This document shows positions 1 to 10,700 of a DNA stretch of 64,000 nucleotides, in pieces (position 1 is the stretch's first letter; each line of letters begins with the position of its first letter). The position numbers and the translations under genes are program-made. This DNA is from Planctomycetota bacterium. Its GTDB lineage: Bacteria > Planctomycetota > UBA1135 > UBA2386. The stretch lies in the NCBI GenBank assembly GCA_965223545.1, contig OZ245006.1, forward strand, positions 2,752,001-2,816,000, given 5' to 3'. Under the pieces are notes generated by a model, which saw nothing but the letters and a program-made list of their open reading frames with translations, was not told the DNA's origin and searched no databases.

Positions 1-188
1 TGCTGCGGCTGCTCGTCCTCGTCGTACAACACCGCGGCGGCGAGTTCGCCAAGCGGCGGCGCCGTCGGCTCGGCGGCGAGTCGCGCCCGGTCGGAGACGG
101 TACGGACCACCCCCATGCTGAGCGCCGCGGTGATCGCGACGGCTGCCGCGATCCAGACCGCCATCCCACGTCCGCCGGAATCGATCAC
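1..188 (-). CDS. Partial CDS running off the window edge; N-terminal membrane anchor or signal, function unknown
   Basis: Manual translation VIDSGGRGMAVWIAAAVAITAALSMGVVRT...LYDEDEQPQ; open to position 1; hydrophobic N-terminal stretch. Confidence 0.45.
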   Translation of the reverse strand, partial: MIDSGGRGMAVWIAAAVAITAALSMGVVRTVSDRARLAAEPTAPPLGELAAAVLYDEDEQPQ

Positions 189-366
189 CTGCCGATTGCA
201 TCGGCCACTCCGGGCCAGCCGCTGTAGATCACCCAGCTCCTTCGGCCACGGCGCGACCGTCCCGTTGTGGGACGTCATCTGCGGAATCCGTTGACGCGTT
301 CCGATACAGGTCTTGCCGCGCGGCTGACGCCGCTGGCAACACTCGGGAGAAGAGAGAGCCGATCGA

Positions 367-1977
367 ATGATGGTTTGCACGTCGCCAACTCGCCATGCCT
401 CGGGCAGGAGGTGCACCCACCGCCTGCCCGGCAAGCCGGTCTTCGCACTGGGCGCCGCCCTGTTGCTGGGTTCTGCCGCACTCAACGCGCAGAATCCTCC
501 TCAGATCAAGGGCATCACCAGCTCGGCGGCCGGCGTCAACCTGGCGCCTCATACCTACTACTCCCCCAGCTGGGTGTTCGTCGACGTGTTCAAGCACGCC
601 GCGCCCTGGTGGGCCCAATCGACGACCAGCTCGACGTGGAGTACCGGCCTGCCACTCGACCAGGATGCCGACGGCTGGATCCGGTCGTTGAGTCCCGGCC
701 AGGCCGCCGGCACCCTGATCTACCAGAACACCGGCGGGCGCTACCCGGGCGGACGCTACATCGCGACCTACGACGGCGACGGCGAGCTGCAGTTCGGCTT
801 CGACGCGCGCATCGCGAGCAGTCAACCGGGGCGGATCGAGATCGACGTGTCGCCGAGCGACAACGGCATCTACGTCAAGCTCGTGCGCACCAATCCGGCG
901 AACTACTTGCGCAACCTGCGCATCACCGAAGCCCGCTTCGAGAACCACGGCAGCGCGTTTCATCCGCGCTTCCTGAACACCAGCAAGGTGTTCAGCGTGC
1001 AGCGCTTCATGGACTGGCAGCGCACCAACGACTCGCCGATCCGCAGCTGGGGCCAGCGCACGACGGGGACCTCTCATACGCAGGCCGGCGACGCCGGCGT
1101 CGCGCTCGAGTACATGATCGATCTGTGCAACGAGCTGGGGGTCGACGGCTGGTTCTGCGTGCCGCACTTGGCCGACGACTTCTACGTGCAGCAGTTCGCG
1201 TCGCTGCTGCGCGACCGCCTCGATCCCGGCCTGCGCGCCTACATCGAGTACTCGAACGAGGTCTGGAACAGCCAGTTCGTGCAGTGCGGCTACGCCCAAC
1301 AAGAAGGCCTGCGGCGCAACCTGTCCGGCGACCCCGTGCTGGCCGGCATGCGCTTCTACGCGCAGCGCTCGAGCGAGATCCACACCATCTGCACACGCGT
1401 GTTCGCCGGCAGCAGCCGGCTGGTGCGCGTGCTGGCCTCGCAGAACGCCAACCCGTGGATCGGCGAGCAGATCATGGACTGGAACAACGCCGCGCAAACC
1501 GCCGACGCGCTTGCCGTCGCCCCGTACTTCGGTGGCTTCCTCGGCAATCCATCGACGACGTGGACCGTGACCGGCAAGACCGTTCCCGAAGTCTTGGTCG
1601 ACGCTTACCTGGACGTCACCGACGTGATGGGGCGCGCGCAGGAAAACGCCGACAACGCGGCTGCGCGCGGCCTCTCGCTGATCGCGTACGAGGGCGGCCA
1701 GCACCTCGTCGGCTTCGGCGGTGCGCAGAACGACCCGGTGCTGACGCAGCTGTTCGTCGCCGCCAACCGGCACCCCCACATGGGGCTGCTGCAGCGCTAC
1801 TTCTACGACAAGTGGCGCCAAGCCGGCGGCGGCCTGATGGTTGCCTACAACTCGACGTCGCCCTACACGAAATGGGGCTCCTGGGGACTGACCGAAGCCA
1901 TGGACCAGGACCCGCTGCGCGCGCCCAAGATGTGGGCGGTGCTGGACTACATCTTCTGGAACCCCAAATGGTGGTAG
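367..1977 (+). CDS. Secreted putative glycoside hydrolase-like (TIM-barrel) protein
   Basis: Signal-like segment ending ALNA-Q; motifs RFMDW, YIEYSNEVWN, VAPYFG, AYEGGQH (NE...E pattern of clan-A-like hydrolases); start codon uncertain. Confidence 0.7.
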   Translation: MMVCTSPTRHASGRRCTHRLPGKPVFALGAALLLGSAALNAQNPPQIKGITSSAAGVNLAPHTYYSPSWVFVDVFKHAAPWWAQSTTSSTWSTGLPLDQDADGWIRSLSPGQAAGTLIYQNTGGRYPGGRYIATYDGDGELQFGFDARIASSQPGRIEIDVSPSDNGIYVKLVRTNPANYLRNLRITEARFENHGSAFHPRFLNTSKVFSVQRFMDWQRTNDSPIRSWGQRTTGTSHTQAGDAGVALEYMIDLCNELGVDGWFCVPHLADDFYVQQFASLLRDRLDPGLRAYIEYSNEVWNSQFVQCGYAQQEGLRRNLSGDPVLAGMRFYAQRSSEIHTICTRVFAGSSRLVRVLASQNANPWIGEQIMDWNNAAQTADALAVAPYFGGFLGNPSTTWTVTGKTVPEVLVDAYLDVTDVMGRAQENADNAAARGLSLIAYEGGQHLVGFGGAQNDPVLTQLFVAANRHPHMGLLQRYFYDKWRQAGGGLMVAYNSTSPYTKWGSWGLTEAMDQDPLRAPKMWAVLDYIFWNPKWW

Positions 1978-2056
1978 CCTTTTCAGGCATCCCGTGCCCA
2001 CGGGGTAAATTCGGCGCCACCCGCTGCGTTGTTCTGCCCATCCCCCCGCAAGAGCC

Positions 2057-3082
2057 ATGGCACTCAGCAAGCTCGCTCCGATCCGCTACACCGGCCACCG
2101 CGCCCTGGCCGCGTTGAGCTACGCGCGGGAACGCCGGCTGCGATCCGGCGCCCGCGCATTTCGCGGCCCGACGGCCACCACACCACTGCAGCGCAAGGCC
2201 CTGGCCGAGCTGCAGGAGCACGGTATCACCCGCATCGAGGGCTTGGTCCCGGACGCCATCCTCGAGAGTCTGCGGAGCGGCATCCGCGAGATGGTCGAAA
2301 ACGTCGATGCGCGCGCCGATCGAGTGTCGGCGATGGCGCCGGACGGCTCCTTCGATCCGATGCGCCACCGCGACATCCAGTTCGACGAGCAGACCGGCGC
2401 CGCCTGCTACGACCCGGACTTCCGCATCTACACCAGCAACGATCCGTTCCAGCTGCGGCCGGAGCTGTGGAAGCTCGCGCTCGGCGACGACCTGGTCCGC
2501 ATCGCCAACTCGTACTTCGGCCGGCAGGCGTACGTCGCGCGCGGACTGGCAGTCCGCCACCTGCCATCCCCACCGCGTGACGTCTACCAGTGGCGTTGGC
2601 ACCACGACTCGTGGGGCCGCAAGCTCAACGTCCACATCCTGCTCACCGACATCGGCGACGACGGTCAGTTCTTGGCCTACAAGATGGGCACCCACAAGCT
2701 GTATCACGGCTACCGGAGCTTTCGCACGCCGGAGATCGAAGACGACGAGTACGAACGGCGCTACGCCAGCCTGCCGACGTTCAAGACCACCGGCAAAGCC
2801 GGCGACTTGATGCTGCTGGACGGCAACGGCATCCACCGCGCGACCAGTGGCGAGACGCTGCGCGACGCCTACCTGCTGATGTACTACCCGGACCGCACGT
2901 TCTCGTTCGGGCACGCCTTCCCGCCGGAGGTCCAGCGGGAGTTCACCGACGAGCAGCGGGTCGCGGCGCGCGAGATCATCCGCACGCGGCGGATCAAGCA
3001 AGAGCGCGGCGAGCACAACATCCTGCCCTTGCTCGGCGCCAACTGGTGGAAGACGCTGCCGCACGTGCGCGCCTGGATGTAG
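2057..3082 (+). CDS. Phytanoyl-CoA dioxygenase-like Fe(II)/2-oxoglutarate oxygenase
   Basis: WHHD (HxD), GTH, GKAGDLMLLDGNGIHRA and downstream R. Confidence 0.75.
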   Translation: MALSKLAPIRYTGHRALAALSYARERRLRSGARAFRGPTATTPLQRKALAELQEHGITRIEGLVPDAILESLRSGIREMVENVDARADRVSAMAPDGSFDPMRHRDIQFDEQTGAACYDPDFRIYTSNDPFQLRPELWKLALGDDLVRIANSYFGRQAYVARGLAVRHLPSPPRDVYQWRWHHDSWGRKLNVHILLTDIGDDGQFLAYKMGTHKLYHGYRSFRTPEIEDDEYERRYASLPTFKTTGKAGDLMLLDGNGIHRATSGETLRDAYLLMYYPDRTFSFGHAFPPEVQREFTDEQRVAAREIIRTRRIKQERGEHNILPLLGANWWKTLPHVRAWM

Positions 3083-3226
3083 GTGCGCGCCGGCGCGGCT
3101 CGGACCGGCGCGGAAAATTGGAAGTCGTGGTCAACCGCCGCACGGCGACCGACTAGTCGTATAGGAGCGGGCCGCACGCGTCCCCGCCGGCCGGCCGACC
3201 TTGCAGGGCTTGACGCCCCAACCTCC

Positions 3227-3802
3227 ATGCGCTCACTCGTGATTGCCGCCGCCATCGGCGGGGTGCTTCTCGTCTGCCTCTGGACGCCGGCGAGCGCCGC
3301 CCCCCCGGCGGCGCCGCAGCACATCGCCGAGCAAGAGCCCGACAGCCCACCGGCCGGTCCCGCGCCCGCCCTGCGCCCGGAGCAGCCCAAGGAGCCCGAG
3401 ACGGACCTGCCGCCGGAGTTCTTCGCCGCGCTGCCTCCGCATTCGAGGATCGGCCTGCGGTTGCCGGCCGGCCTCACCAGCGGTCTGCGCTGCCCGGACG
3501 GCAGCTTCCTCCCCCTCCTCAACGGCGTGCCCGAGGCGGCACCGATCCAGCGCTTGGCTCGCTACGGGCCGCTGCCGCCGGTGGTTGCCAAGCGCACCGA
3601 CGCCGGCGGCGACGAGTGGTACGAGCACGCGGACGGCTCGCTGACCACCACGCGGTGGGTCGAAGTGACCGCACTCGGCGTCACGACGCGCGACGTCGAG
3701 ACCACCCACTGCACGCCCAACGACCAAACCGCGGCGGTGAGCCTGGCTCCGGCCCCGCGTCCGACCGCCCCGGCGAAGGAGCCGGATCCCCTTCCGCGCT
3801 GA
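3227..3802 (+). CDS. Hypothetical exported, Pro-rich protein
   Basis: ATG at 3227 (MRSLVIAAAIGGVLLVCLW signal/anchor) within ORF 3083..3802. Confidence 0.6.
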   Translation: MRSLVIAAAIGGVLLVCLWTPASAAPPAAPQHIAEQEPDSPPAGPAPALRPEQPKEPETDLPPEFFAALPPHSRIGLRLPAGLTSGLRCPDGSFLPLLNGVPEAAPIQRLARYGPLPPVVAKRTDAGGDEWYEHADGSLTTTRWVEVTALGVTTRDVETTHCTPNDQTAAVSLAPAPRPTAPAKEPDPLPR

Positions 3803-3863
3803 CGGTCGATCGTCACCGCAACCGCCCCCGCCCCATTCAGTCTCTCCTCTACTCCGAACTGTC

Positions 3864-5033
3864 ATGCAACAGCTCCTCGGCCTCGCCGCGTTGGCTTCGC
3901 TGGCGGCACCGCTCGCCGCGCAAGGCTTCAGCAACGCCGTCATCCGCAACAACGAGCCCTACTTCGTCACCGCGACCGCCACCAGTGCGGCCACCGGCCA
4001 AAACTACAACTGGGACCCGGTCAACCCGGGCGAGTACTCGCGGGGCACGCTCGCCGCACCCGTCGGCGTGCCGGCCAACACGTGGAGCTGGCGCATTCTT
4101 CCCCGCGAGATCAACTACCGATCCGGCAACCGGCAGGTCTCGGGCTTCGTCCACGACCTGCGCCTGTCGGCCGAGACCGCGACCAGCTGGACCGGGGTCT
4201 ACGAGCCGGAGGTGCAGCTGATGGCGACCGTCCCACGCCCGTCGGTCGCAGGCGCCCTCAACCCTGACTGGAACAAGGTGCTGGTGAGCATCGGCGAGAA
4301 CCCGGTCCCTCCGCTGGGCACGCAACAAGTGACGGTGACCCGCGCGCTCGCCAACCCGATCAACGTCCCCAGCGATCCCAGCAACCCGCAGGGCAGTGAT
4401 CACCTGGCCCTGGCGCTGAAGTTCCGCGGCGGGGAGAGCAAGTGGATCAACGGCGCCCAGGGCTTCGTCGGCTCCTGGATGGACGGCCCGACGCCGTCGA
4501 CGACAACCGGCTTCTACTACCCGACCAGCCGAGTGACCGCGCACAGCACCGATCCCCGCTTCGTGCTGTGGGCCACCTACATGGAGGCCGAGCCGACGAT
4601 CAACGTCTACTCGGACTGGGGTCAACGCCGCTTTCCGCCGCAACCGACCCCGCTGTTGGGACACTCGATCGGGACCTACTACTCCGACATCGCCACCGCC
4701 TCGGGCAACCTCGGCCTCAGCGTGCGCGCCGCCAACTACCCCGGCGGCTTCGCCGCCGTGTTGTTCAACTTCGGGCCCTGGATCCCGGTCGCGTTCCCGC
4801 TGTTCGGCCAGACCGTCGAGCTCAATGTGGCCGACCCCAACCTCGGCCTCTTCGGCGGCATCCCCGGCGTCGGCCTACTCCAGCTCGATCCCAACGGAGC
4901 CGCAGACGGCTTCTCGATCCCGATCCCGGCCAACGCCGCCTTCACCGGCACCTCGATGGGCTTCGAAGCCCTGGTCTTCGACCCCCTCCTCACCATCCAA
5001 GCCAGCACCGGCAGCGCCTTCGTACAAAACTGA
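3864..5033 (+). CDS. Secreted hypothetical protein with the shared C-terminal domain
   Basis: Signal peptide ...APLAA-Q; C-terminus FSIPIPANAAFTGTSMGFEALVFDP. Confidence 0.75.
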   Translation: MQQLLGLAALASLAAPLAAQGFSNAVIRNNEPYFVTATATSAATGQNYNWDPVNPGEYSRGTLAAPVGVPANTWSWRILPREINYRSGNRQVSGFVHDLRLSAETATSWTGVYEPEVQLMATVPRPSVAGALNPDWNKVLVSIGENPVPPLGTQQVTVTRALANPINVPSDPSNPQGSDHLALALKFRGGESKWINGAQGFVGSWMDGPTPSTTTGFYYPTSRVTAHSTDPRFVLWATYMEAEPTINVYSDWGQRRFPPQPTPLLGHSIGTYYSDIATASGNLGLSVRAANYPGGFAAVLFNFGPWIPVAFPLFGQTVELNVADPNLGLFGGIPGVGLLQLDPNGAADGFSIPIPANAAFTGTSMGFEALVFDPLLTIQASTGSAFVQN

Positions 5034-5047
5034 AGGTACGGAGCCAG

Positions 5048-5297
5048 TCCTGCCCCGGCAGATTTGTCGGCCCTTCAGGGCAGGAAACTAGCCGCTGAGG
5101 AAGGGGGAGGGGAACGTGTGAGGGGCCCGGCAGCTACGCCCCCAATAGCCACTGGAGCACGTTTGCCCCAGAGCCAGTCTGGGTCCGAGTTGGCCATCCT
5201 TCACTGGTGAGGGGCACGTCGCCGTGCCCACTCCCGCAGGTCAGATTCGTTTGATCGCCGCCTCGGGCCGGGCCCACCACAACAATGAGGATGAAGT
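5048..5297 (+). ncRNA. Putative bridge RNA region of the IS110 element (boundaries approximate)
   Basis: GAGCCAG (5171-5177) equals the left target flank plus core; CAGGTCAG (5237-5244) equals the IS right end plus core; hairpin CCTGCCC/GGGCAGG at 5049-5084. Confidence 0.65.
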
Positions 5298-6680
5298 ATG
5301 GCTGGGAAGAGCAGAACGAGGAAGGGCAAGAAGCCCGCAGCGGAAGTATTGCCAGTCGTGAAGCCCAACGCCGCCGGAATCGACATCGGCAGCCGCGAGC
5401 ACTGGGTGTGCGCAGCAGCACCCGACGGCAGTCGTCCGATCAAGCGATTCGGAACGACGACGCCCCAGCTAGAGGCGCTCGCGGACTGGCTGGAGGAGCT
5501 CGGAGTGCGATCCGTCGCGATGGAGAGCACCTATGTCTACTGGATTCCCGTCTACGAGCTACTCGAGTCGAGAGGCTTCGAGGTCATCCTCGCGAATGCC
5601 CGCGAGGTGAAGAACGTGCCGGGCCGCTCCAAGTCCGATGCCAGCGATTGCAGTTGGCTGCAGAAGCTACACACCTATGGCCTCATTCGCGCTTCGTTCC
5701 GGCCTCCGAAGGACATCTGTGCGTTGCGGACCCTGCAACGCCATGCCGCGTCTTTGATCGCGCAGCGCACGCGCCACACGCAGTTGATGCAGCGGTCACT
5801 GGATCAGATGAACGTGGCGATCCATCGCGCGGTAACGGACATCACCGGCAAGACCGGCCTCGCGATCATCCGCGCGATTCTCGCTGGTGAACGCGACCCT
5901 CGAGCGCTCGCCAGACTGCGTGATCCGCGCTGCAAGATCTCCGAGAAGGAGCTCGCGGATCACTTGCAAGGGACCTGGATCGAGGAGCACATCTTCACTC
6001 TCGCTTCGGGCTTGCGGATGCTCGAGCACACCGACCACGAGATCGAGTCGGTCGAGAAGCGATTGATGGCGATGATCGAGGACCTGCAACCGGAGGAAGC
6101 CAAGACGGCCGACGTCCCCGAGCATCCAGACCCCCGCAAGGAGAGGAGCATCCGAACGAAGGGCGGCCGGGAGCTTCGCGATGCCCTCTGCCGGCTCGTC
6201 GGGTGTGATCTCACGCGAATCGACGGTATCAGCCCGAGCACGGCCATGATCGTGCTCACCGAGGTCGGCTACGACCTCGAAGCTTTCCCGACCGAGAAGC
6301 ACTTCGTCTCCTGGCTACGCCTGTGCCCACGTCAAGCCGTCTCGGGTGGAAAGCGCATCAAGAAGCACCGCAACAACATCGCGGTCAGCAGGATCGCCAC
6401 GGTCCTCCGGATGGCCGCCCTGTCCCTCCAACGTACTCAGACAGCTCTCGGCGCACACTTCCGCAAGATCGCCCGCGCGAAGGACGGCAACGTCGCCATC
6501 TTTGCCATCGCCCGCAAACTGGCCCTGCTCATCTACCGCATGCTGAAGTTCGGCCAGGACTACGTAGACGAAGGCGCCAAGGCCTACGAGGAGCGCTTCA
6601 CCCAGCGACGCATCGTCGGACTCCGACAGAACGCTAAATCCCTCGGGTACAAGCTCATACCGATCGCCGAGGCTGGGTGA
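5298..6680 (+). CDS. IS110-family transposase/recombinase (DEDD RuvC-like + Tnp20 domain)
   Basis: GIDIG, AMESTYVYW, KSDASD, LTRIDGIS, LCPRQAVSGGK, ARKLA motifs. Confidence 0.95.
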   Translation: MAGKSRTRKGKKPAAEVLPVVKPNAAGIDIGSREHWVCAAAPDGSRPIKRFGTTTPQLEALADWLEELGVRSVAMESTYVYWIPVYELLESRGFEVILANAREVKNVPGRSKSDASDCSWLQKLHTYGLIRASFRPPKDICALRTLQRHAASLIAQRTRHTQLMQRSLDQMNVAIHRAVTDITGKTGLAIIRAILAGERDPRALARLRDPRCKISEKELADHLQGTWIEEHIFTLASGLRMLEHTDHEIESVEKRLMAMIEDLQPEEAKTADVPEHPDPRKERSIRTKGGRELRDALCRLVGCDLTRIDGISPSTAMIVLTEVGYDLEAFPTEKHFVSWLRLCPRQAVSGGKRIKKHRNNIAVSRIATVLRMAALSLQRTQTALGAHFRKIARAKDGNVAIFAIARKLALLIYRMLKFGQDYVDEGAKAYEERFTQRRIVGLRQNAKSLGYKLIPIAEAG

Positions 6681-6703
6681 GTTTCAGGTCAGGCTCCGTA
6701 CCG

Positions 6704-7672
6704 TCAGCGACCGCCGTCTGTCTCGGTGGGCGGCGCCTCCGAGGTCGCGCGGAGCGCGGCCCCGACGAACGCGAGCGAACGCGGCAGCTGCCGCTGCAGA
6801 CTGCCGCTGCCCCAGGAGTGCCCGCCTCCGTCGACCAGCACGAACTCGTGCGCGACACCTCGTTCGGTCAACACCTCGGCGAGTTCCTGATTGGCGGGGG
6901 TGAAGCCGTAGCGATCGGCGGTGCCGGCGTCGAAGTACATGCGCAGCGGCGCCAGCGCCTCGGACGCGAGATCGCGAGCCAGCGCCAGCGGCATCTCGGC
7001 GGCCCACTTCGCCGGCTCGATCGGATCGCCGAAGACCTCGTCCAACCCGCTGCTCTGGATCAAGCGCTGCACCATGCGCCCGCGGCGTCCCTCGAGCGCG
7101 GAGGGATCCGCCGGCATGATGGCAGACGAATGCGCGGCGACGATGCCGAATACCCCGGGATGCCGCATGGCGATCTTGAGCGCGCCAAAGCCCCCCATGC
7201 TCACCCCCATGATCGCGCGCCGGCGCGCCGCGGGATCGACCGCGTAATGCTCCGCCAAGAACCGCGGCAAGGCCTCGACGACGAGCTTCTCCTGGTCGCC
7301 GTCGGGGCCACCGTCGATGTAGAGCGGCCGACGGCCGACGCCGAGTGAAACGAAGATGACCGCGGGGATCGCGTCGTCCGCGCGCGCCGCGTCGAGCGCC
7401 AGCCCGCCGCCCTCGGCGTGGAACTTCCGATGGCTCTCGTTGCGGCCGTGCAGCCAGACGACCCAGGGGTAGCGCGTGCCCTCGGCCGCAGCCTCGGCAT
7501 AGTCGACCGGCAGGTAGACCAGGGCCCGCGCGGTGCCGCCCTCGGGAATGGGCAGCTCGACCTCTTGCAAGGTGAAGTGCGTCAGCTCGGGACCGCTCGC
7601 CCCGTCGCCGCGCTGACCGACGAGACTGGCTGCAAGACCGGCGACGACCGCCGCGAAACCGAACATCCGCAT
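6704..7672 (-). CDS. Exported alpha/beta-hydrolase esterase
   Basis: VYLP, YPWVVWLHG, GVSMGG nucleophile elbow, DAGTAD, GGHSW. Confidence 0.85.
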   Translation of the reverse strand: MRMFGFAAVVAGLAASLVGQRGDGASGPELTHFTLQEVELPIPEGGTARALVYLPVDYAEAAAEGTRYPWVVWLHGRNESHRKFHAEGGGLALDAARADDAIPAVIFVSLGVGRRPLYIDGGPDGDQEKLVVEALPRFLAEHYAVDPAARRRAIMGVSMGGFGALKIAMRHPGVFGIVAAHSSAIMPADPSALEGRRGRMVQRLIQSSGLDEVFGDPIEPAKWAAEMPLALARDLASEALAPLRMYFDAGTADRYGFTPANQELAEVLTERGVAHEFVLVDGGGHSWGSGSLQRQLPRSLAFVGAALRATSEAPPTETDGGR

Positions 7673-7755
7673 GGTGGTGAGTGTTCCTCAGAAGAGTGGG
7701 GAGACCGAGGCCAGCATATCGGCGGCGGCCCGCGCGAGCGCGATTGCGCTGACGC

Positions 7756-10700
7756 GTGAGCCGCAGCCGTGCCGCGCTATGCTCATGCGCTCGCGTGGCT
7801 CCGACATCCAACAAGCCTCGACCGCGATGGCGGCGTGCCACGATCGGCGCGCTGTTGATCGCGCTCAACACCGTCCTCGCCACCTACCTTCTGCGCCGGC
7901 CGCTGTTCGAGTCCTGGCTCCGCACGGCGCTCGAGCAGCGCCTCGGTCAAGCCCTCGACGCGGAGGTTCAGCTGGGCGCGATCGAGGGCAGCTGGGTCTT
8001 CGACGTCCACCTCCGGGACCTACAGATCCGCAACGGCGGCGGCGTGCTCGCGTCCCTCGAAGACGGACACCTGTCCGCCCGCTGTGCGCCGGTCGAGCTC
8101 GCCACCGGCGCGCTGGCCGGCCTCCGCTCCGTCGAGCTGCGGGCTGCCTCCGCGGAAATCCGCCCGGGAGCCGGACCGGACGCTCCGCCGTCGCAGCCGG
8201 ACGTGGAGCCAATCCCCGACCTCTCCTGGCTCGACGAGATCGCGCCGCACGGCATCCGCGCCGCCGTCGACCGTCTCACGCTGCGCACCGGGGACGACGT
8301 GCACGAGACCGCGGCGCTGCTCGAGCTGCAGCCCAAGCCGGCGGCGGAACGCGGGCGGACGCTGCGGCTGCAGCTGGGCGCCGACCGCCTGGAGCTGGCG
8401 CTGGGCGCCGGAGTCCGCGCGGGACACGGCGAGCTGCGCGTCGCCGATGTCGGCCGGCTGCTGCCGTCGCTCGGCCTACAGACCGGACTCCGCGGCGGTC
8501 AGCTGCGCGCCACCGTCGAGCTCGGGCTCGATCCCGCGCACATCGGCGGCGAGCTGCAACTGCGCGACGCATCCCACCGAGAACGCCGCCTCCAGCGCAC
8601 GTCGATCACCTTCTCCGCCAGCGCGGATCGCATCCGCGTGCCGGACGCCACGGTGGATCTCCCCGGCCTGCGCTTGCGCGCCACCGGCGTCGAGTTGCCC
8701 GCCGACGATGGCGCCGTGGTCTGGCGAACGGCCGCCGGAACCGCATCCGTGACGGTCGACGACCTCTCCGCCTACACCGACCTGCTACCGGCCCCCTTGC
8801 ACGAGTTCCTGCCGCTGCGCGGCGGTGCCGAGCTCCGGCTCACCGCGGGCACGCTGGACATCGACCAGTGCGTGCTGCACGGCCGCGACGCGCGCCTCGC
8901 CATCCGGCGCGGCACGATCGTGCTCGCCGCGGACGCGCGCCAGTCGAGTGGGGAGTTGGCGGTACGGCTCGCGTTCGACGCACCGCGCACCATCCCGATC
9001 GGCGCCGACCGGGGTTGCACCGCCCAGGGTCTCATCGAAGGCACACTGCGCGGCTCGCTCGACGCACCCCGCATCGACGCCGACGTGAACCTGGCACAGC
9101 TCGCGGTGGCGGGGTACGCGCTCGAGGGAGTGCGCGGACGACTGCGCCACGAGGGGTCGCGCACGTCGGCGACAGGCGTCGAGATCGACGCGGTGCGCGC
9201 AGCGGGCGCCACCGGTGATGGCTCACGGCTGCGCGGCGACCTCGCCTTCGAGCTGATGGCGGACGGCTGGCGCATCGAGACCAGCGAGCTCCGCGGCGTG
9301 CTGACGCCGGCCATCCTGGAGGGAGAGCTGCGCGAAGAGTGGGCCCATCGGCTGGCTGCGGCCCCGTTCGCCGTGCGCGGCTGGTTTCGACAACGGCACG
9401 ACGAATGGCCAGAGCTCGACGCCGCCCTGGCTCTGCCCAATCTGCACATCGCCCCCCATCCACCGATCGCGCTGGAAACGGCGGCGATCATCGACGCGCG
9501 CGGAACCTTGCAGCTGCGCGCGCTGCGCGCGCGCGGCGGCGTGCATCTCGACGCGCGGGGCACCGTCCCTCTGGCCAGCGACGGCTTGGTGGACGTGCAC
9601 GCCGCCGCGCACGATCTCGACCTGTCGTCGGCGCTCGCCGCCGCCGGCCTGACCGTAGCGTTGGAGGGCCGGTGCGACGCCAGCGTGCGGCTGCGCGGGC
9701 CGAGGACCGCCCCGACGTTACAGGCCACGGTACACGGCATCCTGCAACCACCCTCGGACACGGCGTTGGCGGCACCGGTCCCCAACGGCCCCGTCGACGT
9801 GGAGCTGCTCGTCGACGGCGTGCCCGGCGTCGGCTTCGACGAGAACGGCCTGCGGCTCGGCACCCCGCAATGCGCGGCGATCGTGCGCGCTACCGGAGGC
9901 GACGGCGCTGGCGCTGCGCTCTGCGATGCCCGCCTCGATCTGCGCGGCGACCGCACGTCGGTCGCGCTGACCAGTCTGCGCGTCGGCCCCGGTGCCGCGA
10001 CCGGTGCCGCCACGGCCTCCGGCCCTTGGACCGCCCTGCTGCAGCCGGAGGGGCTCGCGCCCGAGACCCCGCTCACCGCCAACCTCGCGCTGAGCGAGCT
10101 CGACCTCGGCGCCCTGCAACACCAAGCCTGGTGGCCGGCGCACACCGCAGGGCTGACCGTCAGCGGAATCGCCACCGGTGAGGTGATGGTGGCGGGCTCG
10201 GTGGGCACCCCGCGCAGCACCTTTGCCATCGCCATCGAAAACGGTGAGGTGCGGCAGGAGGACCTGCCGCCGCTGCAGAGCTTCACGGCGCAGCTGCGCG
10301 GCACACCGACCGAGCTCGAAGTCCGCGATGGCCGAGCGACCTGGGCCGGCGGCGGCCTGCAGTTCGGGGGTGCGCTGCGCACGACGGACGCCAGTCCGCT
10401 GTGGTCCTGGTCGCCGGCCGCCATCGCGATCGACGGCCGTGCATCGTGGACCGAGGGCGACGTCGCCGCGCTGCCCGCGTTCTTCGACGGCGCGTGGACG
10501 GCGGCGGGCACCGCCACCGTCGAGGCGACGATCACTGGTACGGCCGCGGCGCCGGCGGTCGCCGGGCGCGCCCAGATCCGCGACGGCCACCTGGCGGAAG
10601 GTGCCTCGATCCTGCTGGATGACATGCAGGCGCGGATCGTCGCCCATCCCGACCACATCGTTCTCGAGCAGCTGACCGCTTCGTCCGACGGCGGCGCGCT

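Larger units (their letters stand above)
5048..6692 (+). mobile_element. IS110-family insertion sequence
   Basis: Transposase plus ~250 bp left non-coding end. CAG core at both junctions (5045-5047, 6690-6692). Removing the element restores the hairpin GGTACGGAGC-CAG-GCTCCGTACC. Confidence 0.85.

Noticed and set aside
229..2117. Long ORFs 229..2070 (-) and 267..2117 (+)
   Set aside because: Alternative frames of the real gene 367..1977
5030..6707. Reading the flanking inverted repeats as IS terminal IRs
   Set aside because: They include the stop codons of both host genes, lie outside the CAG cores and match the dispersed repeat family, so a split target palindrome explains them better
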